DNA from: Octopus vulgaris
Lineage: Eukaryota
Assembly: GCA_951406725.2 (NCBI GenBank)
Contig: OX597823.1
Coordinates: 14,756,001-14,820,000, forward strand
DNA length: 64,000 nt
Direction of reading: 5' to 3'
The position numbers and the translations under genes were made by a program. Position 1 is the stretch's first letter, and each line of letters starts with the position of its first letter. The notes under the pieces are model-generated. The model searched no databases. It worked only from the letters and a program-made list of their open reading frames with translations, and was not told the DNA's origin. Shown one piece after another: positions 27,905 through 42,561 of the stretch.

Positions 27905-29662
27905 CAATCCCACATACGTTCTTGTAACTTAGTGGATCAGCATAAGAGACTGATAGAATAAGTATTGGGCTTTAAAAAAAAATAAATCCTGGGGTCGATT
28001 AGTTTGACTGAAACCCTTCAAGGCAGTGCTCCAACTTGGCTGCAGTCAAATGAGTGAAGCAAAAGAATAAAAAAATATATATATATATTTATTTATATAT
28101 GTGTGTGTGTGTATGTGTGTATATGTATACGTTTATGTATGTATGTGTGTATATATATGTATATATATATGTGTATGTATATATGTATATATATGTATGC
28201 ATGTATACACACACACACACACACATATACATATATATATATATATATTTTAAAGTACAATTAATAAGTCTTTTTATGCGTAACAGATATAAATAGATCA
28301 TTTTACTGTCTTCGCATCTTCTCCTTCAAAGAAATAGAATAGATTGCCTTGACATATTTTACGTTCATGATTATACCAGTCATTTATCTGCTTACAAAGA
28401 AACAACTGTAGAGCAAGTTCACTATTTAAATCAGTTACAAACTAAAACTCAGCTGTAATGGCCTAGCTAATTTTTACTTTGTACATTCGTTAAGTGGTGC
28501 TACTGAATAATTATCAAATGTTTGGGCACAGCAAATCTTGTATTAAACAATTTGGCATAATTTCATCTCAGGTTTCACACACGTTGTCCAATACACGCTG
28601 TGCTGAACATAATTACTATTCATATGTGGCACCTACACATACATATATACAAGCTTTCCATAGTGTCTCTCACTATTGCAGTATAGTATACGTGCAAATT
28701 GCTTATTGTGTTCTTATTTGAACTTATAGAACCCAGACCTATACTGGGCATATTTTACACACACACACACACACATACACACACAGAGGCACGCATGCAC
28801 ACAAACACATACACACACACACATGCACATGTGTATTTGTGTGTGTGTATTTAAGTGTGTGTGTGTGTGTGTATGTGTATTTATGTGTGTGTGTAATACA
28901 TAACCGGCTGTTGACTTATACCTAGTGGTTAGCTGCCATTGACTACAATTGGCATAGTATCCTCATCTCTCTCTCTCTCTCTCTCTTCCTCTTTCTCTCT
29001 CTCTCTCTCTTCCTCTTTCTCTCTCTCTCTCTTCCTCTTTCACTCTTTCTCTCTCTCTCTTTATTTACTTCTATTTCTTCCTCACATGTTCACTCAGATA
29101 TCCATCTGTAATCCAGTCAGTTCTGTGGCCTACACCTCAGCACACATTTATACACACACATTCTCTCTCACTCCTCCACTCACTCTCACTCAATCACTCA
29201 CTCACTCACTCACTCACTCACTCACTCACTCACTCATTCACACACTCACTGACTCACCCACTCACTCACTCACTCACCCACTCACTCACTCACTCACTCA
29301 CTCATTCACTCACTCACTCATTCACTCACTCAATCACTCACTCACTCACTCAATCACTCATTCAATCACTCACTCACTCACTCACTCACTCACTCACACA
29401 CTCCCTCACTCACTCACTCTTTCTCTCTCTCTCTCTCACCCTATCACTTTCTTTCTCCCACCTTCCCCCTCTCTCTCTATCACCCTATCACTTTCTTTCC
29501 CTTGCCTTCCTTCCTTCCTTCCTTCCCTCTCTCTCTTTCTTTCTTGTCTGTGTGTCTCCTTCACTCTCTCATTCACCAACTCACTCACTCATTTAAATAC
29601 TTGGTTATCCATCATCCATCGTCCGTTCGGCTGTATGGTCTACACCCAGTGGATAATATTAA

Positions 29663-29794
<132 letters not shown>

Positions 29795-29898
29795 TCATGT
29801 CAATGAAAACACCAGTTCTCATTCAATCACATTGTAAACTCCTTTCAAATCTTCAATCACCCAAATTAAGCCTGGTGGTCATGATTCAATGGGTAACC

Positions 29899-30134
29899 TA
29901 TTTCTCTATTACCCACAAGGGGCTAAGCACAGAGGGGGACAAACAAGGACAGACATAGGTATTAAGTCGATTACATCGACCCCAGTGCATAACTGGTACT
30001 TAATTTATCGACCCCAAAAGGATGAAAGGCAAAGTGGACCTCGGCGGAATTTGAACTCACAACGTAACGCAGACGAAATACCGCTAAGCATTTCGCCCGG
30101 CGTGCTAACTTTTCTGCCAGCTCGCCACCTTACC
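29899..30134 (-). mobile_element. SINE-A in the last CAPSL intron, with a long TSD
   Basis: Flanked by CATGATTCAATGGGTAACC (29880-29898 / 30135-30153). Other SINE-A copies at about 30482-30708, 32595-32800, 50089-50466, 50995-51535 and 63025-63410. Confidence 0.85.
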
Positions 30135-31425
30135 CATGATTCAATGGGTAACCATTTAAAAAGTCTAGGCACTGCAAGCATCTACAAGCCGATGAAGGTC
30201 ACTCTATGAGGTCACTCATTTTGCCAGAAATAATACCCAAATCTCCCTCAAGGCTGCTAAATTTGAGAAGATCTCTGGTTATATAGCTTTCAGCTATGAC
30301 GGCTTTATCTACTTACAAACACAGTGTATGTGAGACTATATTATCCAATATATCTGTCTCTTTTTCAAAATAGGAAAGATGTAATTTGAAGGAGACTTGG
30401 CTGCTATTTCTAGCAGGTTTCTTGCCCCCTAGGACTTCTTGCATTGCTTATAATCAAGATTGTTATTGTTACAAGATTGTTAAGGTGGCAGAAACGTTAG
30501 CACACCGGGCGAAATGCTTAGCAGTATTTCGTCTGCCGCTATGTTCTGAGTTCAGATTCCGCCGAGGCCGACTTTGCCTTTCATCCTTTCGGGGTCGATA
30601 AATGAAGTACTAGTTACACACTGGGTTCGATGTAATCGACTTAATCCCTTTGTCTGTCCTTGTTTGTCCCCTCTATGTTTAGCCCCTTGTGGACAATAAA
30701 GAAATAAGATTGTTATTGCTACTGTCTTTTATCCCCCAAGTCAACTCTATTTACAACAAACATCTTCAGGGTTCTTAATCATTTCATAATTAGTGCTGCT
30801 GTACTAAATGCTGATCCAGCAACTACAGACAGGCCCGTAAACAGATGCCCCTGAGACATCGCACATGCTGGTTACCATAGGTTGACCACATCAGACACTT
30901 ACAATAGACACAAAAATTTCAATAAAGTTAGTTTGGAAAATAAACCTTACTTCAATGAATCTCTTTATCTGGATGGCCACGCTTGGAAGACATGTATTTA
31001 TACAGATATAATAATGCCATTGTGAAGGCGTGTGGTTTAGTGCTTAAGTTTATTTGGCTCACAATCGTAAGGTCATGAGTTCAATTCCCAGCAAGATGTT
31101 GTGTCCTTGAGCAAGACACTTAAGTCCACATTGCTCAGGTCCACTCAGCTGGCAAAAATGAACAGTACCAGTAATTCAAAGGGTCAGCCTTGTCACATTC
31201 TGTGTCATGCTGAATCTCATTGGGAATTACATTAAGGGTACATGTGTCTGTGGAATACTCAGCCACTTGTGCCTTAATTTCACAAGCAGGCTATTCTATT
31301 GATCGGATCAACTGGAACCCTCGTCATCATAACCAACAAAGTGCCAACGATGCCCTTAATGATCCCTGGCAACCTCTAAATAAATAAACGAGCTCCCTCA
31401 GAAAAACCGTTAATCTTGGTAATTA

Positions 31426-31662
<237 letters not shown>

Positions 31663-31721
31663 CTAAAATAATATGAAACACTGGGTTACAACATATTCGA
31701 ATGTGTGTGTGTGTGTGTGTG

Positions 31722-32045
31722 TGCATGTGCATGAGAGCAAGTGTGTGTGTGTGTGTGTGCATGAGAGCAAGTGTGTGTGTGTGTGTGTGCATGAGAGCAA
31801 GTGTGTGTGTGTGTGTGTGCATGAGAGCAAGTGTGTGTGTGTGAATGAGAGCAAGTGTGTGTGTGTGCATGAGAGCAAGTGTGTGTGCATGTGTGCATGA
31901 GAGCAAGTGTGTGTGTGTGCATGAGAGCAAGTGTATGTGTGTGTGTGCATGAGAGCAAGTGTGTGTGCGTGTGTGCATGAGAGCAAGTGTGTGTGTGTGC
32001 ATGAGAGCAAGTGTGCATGTGTGTTCATGAGAGCAAGTGTGTATG
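31722..32045. repeat. Minisatellite (GTGCATGAGAGCAA(GT)n), about 12 units
   Basis: Directly visible; begins about 60 nt from the acceptor of CAPSL coding exon 3. Confidence 0.9.
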
Positions 32046-33049
32046 TGTGTGTGTGAACTCTAGAGACTACCAAGAAGACAGCATGATCATTGAAGACTTG
32101 AAACTACGGACAAGATAGCACGATCACTGTAAGACTCGAGACTACCAAGATTTGGCTAAAAAGAGACGATGAGCGATGGCTAGAAGTATATTGAGTTCTT
32201 CATAACCAGCTGATCTAGCAAGCGGGGCCTCATATCAGTGAGCATTGATGCCGTCGAGAGGTAGGCCCCGAAACGGCGCGCATTCTCTCCTGATGACCCC
32301 ATACACTTGCTAGCTTCCGGTATACGGAGCTTTTAACTAGTAGCACTTGCATGTGCAAGTTGTTTGCAAGACATAGTGTGATCATTGTTAGCCTTGTTCT
32401 CTTAAAATTTAAACTTCAAAGTGACAATGTGCAGGTTGAGAGACTGCACATCCATTTCCTTCATAGTTCCAATCTTACACAAACAAAATGGAAAATGAAT
32501 TAAGATGAAGCAAGATGTTCTTAAGGTTTCTCCAAGTTGCATCCTACCTGTAGTCCGTTTGATGAATTAGTTAATATATATATATATAGTTGGTAAAATG
32601 GCAAGCTGGCAGAAACATTAGCACACTGGGCGAAATGCTTAGCAGTATTTACGTTCTGAGTTCAAATTCCGCCAAGGTCAACTTTGCCTTTCATCCTTTC
32701 AGGGTTGATAAATCAAGTACCAGTTGCATACTGGTGTCGATCTAATCAACTAGCACCTAACTCCCCAAAAATTTCTAGGCCTTGTTCCTAGAGTAGAAAA
32801 GAATATATATAATTGGTGTATTCTAAGAGTAAAGTAACTTATTGGTTTCATATTTTGGCACAAGACCAGCAATTTCAAGGAATGGGTTAAGTTAATTACA
32901 TCAACCCCAGGGATCCACTGGTACTTATTTTATTGATACCAGAAGAATGAAAGGTAAAGTCAACCAGGACAAAATTTGAACTCAGAACGTAAAGCCAAAC
33001 AAAATGCCACTAAGCACTTTGCCCAACATGCTAACAATTCTGCCAGCTC

Positions 33050-33139
33050 ACTCATCATCATCATCATCATCACCACCACTACTACTACCACCACCACCAT
33101 AGCACCACCACTACCACCACTACCATCATCATCACCATC

Positions 33140-33170
<31 letters not shown>

Positions 33171-33385
33171 CCATCACCACCATCAACACCACCACTTCTA
33201 CTACCACCACCACCACTTCTACTACCACCACCACCACCACCACTACCATCATCATCACCATCATCATCGCCATCATCATCATCATCATAATTGCCATCAT
33301 CATCATCATCATCATTATCCTCATTATCATAACCATCACCACCACCACCACCACCATCATCATCATCGCCATCATCATCGCCATC

Positions 33386-33416
<31 letters not shown>

Positions 33417-33585
33417 TCGGCATCATCATCATCATCATCATCATCATCGGCATCATCATCATCATCATCACCATCATCATCCTCATCATAACCATTACCA
33501 CCACCACAACCACCACCACCACCACCACCACCATCATCATCCCCATCGTCATCATCATCATCACCATCATCATCATCGTCATCGT
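33050..33585. repeat. (CAT/CAC)n trinucleotide tract; others: 21657-21930 (AGT/GGT), 44755-45090 (AAT/GAT), 29170-29420 (TCAC)
   Basis: Directly visible. Confidence 0.95.
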
Positions 33586-33653
33586 TTAACGTCCGCCTTC
33601 CATACCGGCATGGTTGAAAAAAAAGTAAAGTAGCTTATTAATAACATACTTAC

Positions 33654-33831
33654 TCGTAAGCATCTTAAAAATTCATCAAAGTCAATTATTTGATTTCCAT
33701 CCCGATCAAAACTTTGAAACAGTGACTTCACTTCGTTGATCTCCATGATAATACCGTAGTCATGGATACCTTTCTTGAACTCGCTGAAGTCTATCTTATG
33801 ATTCGCATCATCATCAATGATCCGGAACATT
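33654..33831 (-). CDS. CAPSL: Calcyphosin-like protein, coding exon 2 (EF-hands 1-2: MFRIIDDDANHKIDFSEF...FDRDGNQIIDFDEFLRCLR)
   Basis: Acceptor ttcacag|A completes the Arg codon from exon 1; 178 nt; donor CGA|GTAAGT; two EF-hand loops. Confidence 0.95.
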
Positions 33832-34343
33832 CTGTGAATAACATAAGAAAAGGCAATTAGTTTTAATGGGGTGAATGTACAGACCTATTATCAAAGATAT
33901 GCCAGCCATGACCATCACATCTTTTTCCATCAGTGTATATAGAACTTCATGATATGTACATACATGAATACACACATGCATATGTGTGGATGAAAGTATA
34001 TATGTATATGCACATGTATATGTGTCCAGGTATGTATGTATGTATGTATGTATGTATGTGCATGTTTGGATGTTGTTGTTTAGCCTGAAGTCAACTTGAG
34101 ATGCAGCACACTTGTGATTAAGGATGTTCCAATTGTCACTCTCCTTTTTGTTTTTCCAAATAATGTAAATAAAATATATAAGCATGACTGTATAGTAAGA
34201 AGCTTGCTTCCCAACCACATGGTTCTGGGTTCAGTTCCACTGCATGACACATTGGGCCAATGTCTTCTACTATAGCCTCAGGCCAACCAAAGCCTTGTGA
34301 ATGGGTTTGGTAGACAGAAACTGAAAGAAGCCCGTCACATGTG

Positions 34344-34415
<72 letters not shown>

Positions 34416-35624
34416 TGTGTGTGTGTGTGTGTGTATGTGTATGTCTTTGTGTCTGTATTTTTTTCCCCACCACTGCTTGAAAACCGGTGCTGGTGTGTTT
34501 ATGTCTCCATAACTTGGCAGTTCAGCAAAAAGGTACCGATAGAGTAAGTACCAGGCTTGACAAAATTAAGTACCGGGGTCGATTCATCATCATCATCATC
34601 ATCGTTTAACATCCGTTCTCCATGCTAGCATGGGTTGGACGGTTCGACCGGGGATCTGGGAAGCCAGGAGGCTGCACCCGGCTCCGGTCTTATCTGGCAA
34701 TGTTTCTACAGCTGGATGCCCTTCCTAACGCCAACCACTTCGTGAGTGTAGTGGGTGCTTTTTACGTGCCACCTGCACATGCGACAAAAACTTCTTCAGA
34801 GTGGTACCCCAACATGGCAACAGTCTAATGACTGAAACAATTAAAAGAAAAATGATATGCATGAATGAATGAATGAATGAATGAATGAATGAATGAATGA
34901 ATGGATGGATGGATGGATGGATGGATGGATGGATGGATGGATGGATGGATGGATGGATGGATGGATTGATGGATGGGTGGATGGATGGATATGGTTATGT
35001 ATCTAATCATGAGTGAACAAGCATATCACTGTGTAGTAAGGGCACTCTGAACCTATGGGACAGAAAACAACATCACATGTGGTGGCCCCATAATTAAATG
35101 TATCCAGTACACTGTAAAGTGATTGGCAAGCAGTGACAAGGATTGAGAGAACTGCTTTTATCTTGTCAGAGACATGGCAATCCTCTCAAGAGTTGGTGTC
35201 ATGATAAAGTGCACCCAGTAAACAATGTAAAGTGTTGGATTGAGAGAACACTGCAGTATTGTCAAAGAAATGAATACCTTCCTAATTCTCGTGCCACATA
35301 AAATGCACTCACTTCACACAGTAAAGTGGGTGGCATTAGGAAAGGCATCCAGTCATACAAACAAAGCTAAAATGAAACTTCTGCGTTATGTAATGTCTTC
35401 CAACATGTTTAAAAGAACAGTAAATAGCCATCCAACCCTGCATGGAAATTAGACCTTATATATATATATATATATCTTTTGTCTTGCTCGATTATGTTCT
35501 GGTGTTTGTGTTTGCTAAATTTTTCTTGACAACATTTCTTAGTGGTAAGACCATAGCGGATCTACTTCTAGCATAAGGGCTGTCCATATAGTGGTCTTCT
35601 ATTTCATATATATATATATACATA

Positions 35625-35656
<32 letters not shown>

Positions 35657-35952
35657 CCTACATACATATATATATATATATATACATACTTGGAAATGGA
35701 TACATTGCATTCAATTAAATAATAAATTATAAATGGTATATAATATATGTGTGAGTGTGTGTGTATATATATATATATATATCAGTAGCCACTACACATT
35801 TTTTTCTCTCCTTGTTTCTTTCTGTGTTCCTTTCTGTTGAAGAGTGTAGTCTCGAAACGTAAAAGACTTTTTCAGTTCCCGAGTGTGATACTAATACATA
35901 TGTTTGTTTTCTACACCACCTGTCTTTGTCTTTTGTTTTTTTCATGAATTCT

Positions 35953-36018
<66 letters not shown>

Positions 36019-36744
36019 TATATGGGTACAGGACATCCAACTGTGCAACTAACATGAAATATGTAAACAAACGAGGGAAAAACAAGTGAAAAATGTTAAC
36101 AATAAGAAAAAAAAAATGGAAGACAGGACAAGTTAACACAGAGAAAGGACCCTTCATCAGTTGTCAGCTGTCTATCTACTCCTCATTTTGAGCATTCAAA
36201 GGCAACATGAGTCTTCAAAGACTCCAAAAAATTCTAAAATAAAATTTAGGATTTATGGAGGGTCAAAGTTGGGAACAAAAAAAATGACAGTGGAGACATG
36301 AAATTAGAATTACAAAGATACAATGCACTCATAGTTGAATGCTTGAGTATCATCCTACTGCATCATATAGCAGAAACTGCTGTAAGCTAATGAATTACAT
36401 AACATGATTGTTTGTTCCTTTGTGGTGATACTCATTTCTCATTACTGTTCTGTACTCAACTGACACTTCATTCTGAAGCATAGATATAGTGAGTTCCAAC
36501 ACCAGGTTATTAGTAAAGCTATACCTAAATAAAATGTCAAACAAACACACACACACACATACTGCATGGAAGACAGACTCTTTTACTTGTTTCAATCATT
36601 TGACTGTGGCCTTGCTGGAGCACCGCCTTTAGTCGAGCAAATCGACCCCAATACTTATTCTTTGTAAGCCTAGTACTTAGTCTATCGGTCTCTTTTGCTG
36701 AACTGCTAAGCTGTCAAGCAGTATTGGGGGAGGGACAAACACAG

Positions 36745-36777
<33 letters not shown>

Positions 36778-37951
36778 TATATACAACGGGCTTCTTTCAG
36801 TTTCAGTCTACCAAATCCACTCACAAAGCTTTGGTCGGCCCGAGGCTATAGTAGAAGATATTTGCCCAAGGTGCCACGCAGTGGGAATGAACCCAGAACC
36901 ATGTGGCTTGTAAGCAAACTACTTACCACACAGCCACTCCAACATTAAACAATGAGGAGGAGGAGGAAGAGAGAGTGCTAAAAAGTCCTGGCTTTGAGTA
37001 AAAGAAAGTACAGGATGAATTAACAATGATTTTATTCAACATATTCCCCTTTCAGAGTCACACACTTATTGCAGCAGTCCTTCAGTCTGTCTAAGCTCTT
37101 TAAAAAAAGTCAGAAGGTTGGACCTCCAGCCAGGCCTTTTGTGATACCCTTAAAGCCAGGAAGTTTTCGGCACTCCCTTGTATTTACATAAGAACATGCA
37201 TACATGTCATCTGAATATAAATAGGAAATGCTTCCATAACTGCAGATTAAACTAAAGTCTTGACAAAGACATTGTCATCCCAACATCCTGTTTACACTAT
37301 CCTAAACCAAAGGAGGCTTACTTTGCAGCCTGTGTGTGGGGGAAAAATGCTATATATAGGAAATAAAGCTTAGTTCGAAGACTGACAGACATGGTATTAT
37401 CTCTTGAGGAGAGGTGAGGTGGAGGGAACAGGTTAAAGAAAATAACAGAGAAAGTTAACTTAATGAAGAAAACAAATGCAGAAAGAAGGAAGGGGAAGAA
37501 AGAAAGGAAGAAAGTTAAATTAAATGACCCGATGGAAGGCGTGTACTGGTTGGAGTGCTGCAGAATGGAATAACAATGTTGTTATTACCAACACTTGATT
37601 ATCTTCTTCCCCCGGAACAATTCTGATACCAGCCAATACAACACTTGACAATCTTTTTTTTTTGTGTGTGTGTGTGTGTTGTGTGGACGTGTGTGAAGGA
37701 GAAAGAAGAGGTGGTACTTAAGCCATAAAAGAAACTTCTGTGTGGTCGTGGGGAACAAATGAAGTTGCTAAAAATAGCAGTCAAATGCCATTTAACTTGA
37801 CCACCTAGTGAAATAGTAAAATAAAATAACTTCCTCTCCATGGAGATAAAATAAATATGTAAATATGTATATATGTATATATGTCTATCTATCTGTATAT
37901 ATATATATATATTTGTATATTTAGCTATCTCTTTCTCTCTCTATCCCTCTC

Positions 37952-37982
<31 letters not shown>

Positions 37983-37985
37983 CTC

Positions 37986-38040
<55 letters not shown>

Positions 38041-38142
38041 CTCTATATATATATATACATATATGTATATATATTATATATGCATACATAAATACACAGA
38101 TACATATAAACACACACATACATATATATGATTATGTAAATA

Positions 38143-38173
<31 letters not shown>

Positions 38174-39085
38174 GTGTGCACACACACACCTGTTTCTATA
38201 TATATACACTATATACACATATATATAAGCACATATACATATACATGCACATAAACATGCATACCTGTACACTCATACACACACACGCACACACACACAC
38301 ACGCACACACACAGCAAAGATTTCTGACAGTCAGAGAATCAATCAATAGGAACATTTTTGCTAGCACTAGGAGATATAAATAAATGACTGGATGGAAGTT
38401 CAATCAAGTCTCCTTCACCAAACTATTTCGGACACCAATGCCCCACCAATCCTCCCGTCACACCCATGCCCGATTTGATCTCATTGTCTCATGTTATTCA
38501 ACGACTCTGGTCTGTTTGACAATGGTGCTTTTAATGTGGCTAGTCCATTATAGACACAGTTACAAAGGGTAACACAACTAATTAACTATTTAAACCATCT
38601 TACTAATGAGTTAATGGCTTTTGTCAGTTGTCAGTAAAACTTCACACCGAACAAGAAAAAGAATGGCAATTAAACAAAGGATTATTTTTTATCTTAATTG
38701 ACCTGTTAGAGAAAGTAGCTAAATTTTCCTCATATCCTACCACAGCTTTGTACAAAATGGTAAGAAAAAAATACCTTCGATATCATCATCATCGTCACCT
38801 TCTGGACATTACAGTTCTGAGTCTTAGAACTGGAGGTGCCAGTTATCTAGTTTCCAAGGCATGTAAATGACTGCAATCATAATAGATGCCAGTCTGTGCA
38901 GAGAGTTGCTCACTTACTGGAGTGGAGCGATGTGAAATGAAGTGTCTTGATCAAGAACACAATGCACTGCCCAGTCCAAGAATGGAAACCATGACCCAGT
39001 AATTATGAGTAATAATAATAATAATAATAACAATAACATTGAAAAATACCATAGGAATGAGAACCCAGGTTCGAAATTTCCCCAA

Positions 39086-39131
39086 GACACCTGAAGAAGG
39101 CTGGAGGGTATATCAGCCGAAACGTTGTGTT
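39086..39131 (+). ncRNA. Minimal Penelope-type hammerhead motif (truncated copy 19265-19305 on minus)
   Basis: gacac-CTGAAGA-a-ggctg-(loop)-cagcc-GAAA-CG-TT-gtgtt; palindromic ACGT stem III as in dimer-forming hammerheads. Confidence 0.65.
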
Positions 39132-39445
39132 AACAACAAATAAGATGAGGACAAATATCCGTTGAATGTAAATAATGAACAATAATAATGATAATGATGT
39201 TTTTGGGGGTTTTTTGCCACCAGAGCGAAGAATGAGGGGGACAATACAAAGACAGACATAAAGTGTGGGGGGTTTACATATAATGGAATGATAAAATAAA
39301 AAGTATACAAGGTACACATTAGAAGGAAAGCATACACAGAGTAAATGACAGAAGAAAAAAAAGAAAAATAATAATAATCCTTTCTACTCTTGGGAGAAGG
39401 CCTGAAATTTTGGACCACAGATACAAGCACTTTCATACATTAGAT

Positions 39446-40183
39446 TAGTGGTTCACAAAGTGAGCAGTACTGCCCCCTTTCGAGGCAGTGGAAAGATCCG
39501 GTGGTGGGGGTAGCATTGATGGAAAGTGGGATGATAATGGGGTGACCAAAATGTGGTGATAGATGTAAAAAAAAATATTATTAAAGACTCCAGTAAATTC
39601 TAAATTAAAATTTAGGTGCAGGAGTGGCTGTGTGGTAAGTAGCTTGCTTACCAACCACATGGTTCCGGGTTCAGTCCCACTGCGTGGCACCTTGGGCAAG
39701 GGTCTTCTACTATAGACTTGGGCCGACCAAAGCCTTGAGAGTGGATTTGGTAGACGGAAACTGAAAGAAGCCCGTCATATATATGTATACATATATATGT
39801 GTGCATGTATGTTTGTGCGTCTGTGTTTATCCCCCTAGCATTGCTTGACAACCGATGCGGGTGTGTTTATGTCCCCGTCACTTAGCAGTTCGGCAAAAGC
39901 GACCGATAGAATAAGTACTGGGCTTACAAAGAATAAGTCCCGGGGTCAAGTTGCTCGACTAAAGGCGGTGCTCCAGCATGACCGCAGTCAACTAACTGAA
40001 ACAAGTAAAAGAGAGTAAAGAGTAATAGGTTAACTAGGTTTAAGTTTTATTTGTAAAATAAAGTTGCTTTGAATTTGCTCCAGAAAGTGGTCTATATTTG
40101 TGGTGGGGAGGGTGAATGGGGTGCTAGGAATGTGGACCGGGTGCCAAGTGGGTGGCAGCCTGAAAATGTTTTGGGAATTACTG
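39446..40183. mobile_element. hAT (Charlie-like) MITE interrupted by a SINE (39614-40024)
   Basis: Perfect 8-bp TSD CATTAGAT (39438-39445 / 40184-40191); ends TAGTGGTTC...GGGAATTACTG. Confidence 0.75.
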
Positions 40184-41143
40184 CATTAGATAATATAGCA
40201 CTAAACATATTCCTGAATAAAAAAATAGAAAAAAATTATGAGAAATTGTCACATATGGGGCATGTTTGATTGTAATCCAGTACAATCAGAGCTGACCTGA
40301 AGTTTAACCCTTTCATTACTGTATTTATTTTGAGATGCTCTGTGTTTCTTTCATTTACTTTAGATATAACAAAGAATTTAGTAAAATAACTTAGCTATCA
40401 TTCATGGCTGTGTGATAAGTAGCTTGCTTACCAACCATATGGTTCTGGGCTCAGTCCCACTGTGTGACACCTTGGGCAAGTGTCTTCTACTACAGCCTCA
40501 GGCCGATCAAAGCCTTGTGAGTGGATTTGGTAGAAGGAAACTGAAAGAAGCCTGTCGTATATATGTATATATGTGTGTGTGTGTGTGTTTGTGTGTTTGT
40601 GTTTGTCCATCCCCCCCCGCCCAACATCGCTTGACAACCAATGCTGGTATGTTTATGTCCCCGTCACTTAGCGGTTCAGCAAGAAAGACCGATAGAATAA
40701 GTACTAGGCTTACAAAGAATAAGTCCTGGGGTCGATTTGCTCAACTAAAGGCGGTGCTCCAGCATGGCTGCAGCCAAATGATTGAAACAAATAAAAGAAT
40801 AAAAAGGAAAGAGAAAGAAAGAATTCATTGGTGTACTGAAATAGTTTATTTTTTTTTTATTACTATTAACTGGACTTTTAGGATGATTTATTACATGAAC
40901 TCATCATTTATTTACAGTACTCTTTTTTTTACTCTTTTACTTGTTTCAGTCATTTGACTGCGGCCATGCTGGAGCACCGCCTTTAATCGAGCAACTCGAC
41001 CCCGGGACTTATTCTTTGTAAGCCCAGTACTTATTCTATCGGTCTCTTTTGTCGAACCGCTAAGTGACGGGGACATAAACACACCAGCATCGGTTGTCAA
41101 GCAATGCTAGGAGGACAAACACAGACACACAAACACACACACA

Positions 41144-41181
<38 letters not shown>

Positions 41182-41719
41182 TACGACGGGCTTCTTTCAG
41201 TTTCCGTCTACCAAATCCACTCACAAAGCTTTGGTCAGCCCGAGGCTATAGTAAAAGACACTTACCCAAGATGCCACGCAGTGGGACTGAACCCGGAACT
41301 ATGTGGTTGGTTAGCAAGCTACTTACCACACAGCCACTCCTGCGCCTATACGTTTAAATATCAATACATGTACATACTTTGAAGATTAACAGATCAATAT
41401 TTAAGTATTGACATGATTGATTTCATATCAGTTTTGACAAATGAGAGTTCCAGTTGCTCCTTCAATGGAACTATGTACTTATTGGATTACATTGTAAGTT
41501 ACACATCCGTGTTGTAAATAGTACGAGATTTGAACATACATACAGACAGACATACAAACAGCATCATCGTCATCATTATCCTCATCATCATTTAAAGTCT
41601 ATTTTCCAGGCCGGCATGGGTTGGACTGTTTGATAGGAGCTGGCAAACCTGTGGACTGCACCAAGGTCCATTGTCTCTTTTGGCATGGTTTTTACAGCTG
41701 GATGCCCTGTTTAATGCCA

Positions 41720-42285
41720 ACCATGGTGGCTGACCCCTCGTTATCGAGTATGGCCATTGCACGAAGCGTCATGTTGTTATCGCGCAATGCCTGTGCAAGA
41801 ATATTTTTTTTTAAGTGAGGAAAGGCTGTGCACTGAGTCAATCCCACTCACTAAGCAATAGCAGCCATAATCCAAAAAGAAGACCAAGTCAACATCATCG
41901 GTAACTACTGAGCCGCAGGTTTTATGTCGGAGTTATCCCAGTTACCTGAGTTACTGTCTCCTTGAAGGATGCCCTAACAAAGGCTAGGAGTCCTTCACTC
42001 CCAATGGTTTAACCGTGCGATCGGGTATTCAGTCCGATTATTTCTATGTCCCTGCGCATGATACAGCCTTAAGACATTTATTGGATGGCCGTTGACTCTC
42101 AAGAGTTCCTCCGCCCTTTGACGGGTTTTGTTTTTCGTCCCGCAGGGTGTTCAATAAGCACCCTCCTCACCAAGCAAGCTTGGTGGGGTTGCTGGTTTAG
42201 TCGCCGACGACCTGACCATGCAACAGGTTGTACTAGGTTACATGTTACCAGTAGCACTCGAAAGTGACCTGACATATGCCAACCA
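41720..42285 (-). mobile_element. Probable LINE 5'-UTR-like GC-richer repeat abutting (TATG)n
   Basis: Non-coding, several short hairpins, begins directly after a microsatellite; family assignment by resemblance only. Confidence 0.35.
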
Positions 42286-42293
42286 TACATACA

Positions 42294-42325
<32 letters not shown>

Positions 42326-42361
42326 AGCATGCATGCATACATACAGACATACATACATACA

Positions 42362-42393
<32 letters not shown>

Positions 42394-42529
42394 AGCATGC
42401 ATGCATACATACATACATACATACATACATACATACATACATACATACATACATACATACATACACATACATACATACATACATACATACATAAACATAC
42501 ATACATACATACATACATACATACATACA

Positions 42530-42561
<32 letters not shown>

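Noticed and set aside
31722-32045. Repeat-spacer pattern superficially like a CRISPR array
   Set aside because: Spacers are just (GT)n, the context is a eukaryotic intron, and there are no cas genes.
42180-42285. Possible HDV-like or twister ribozyme at the LINE-like 5' end
   Set aside because: I could not assign the P1/P3/P1.1 pseudoknot or the twister consensus by eye.
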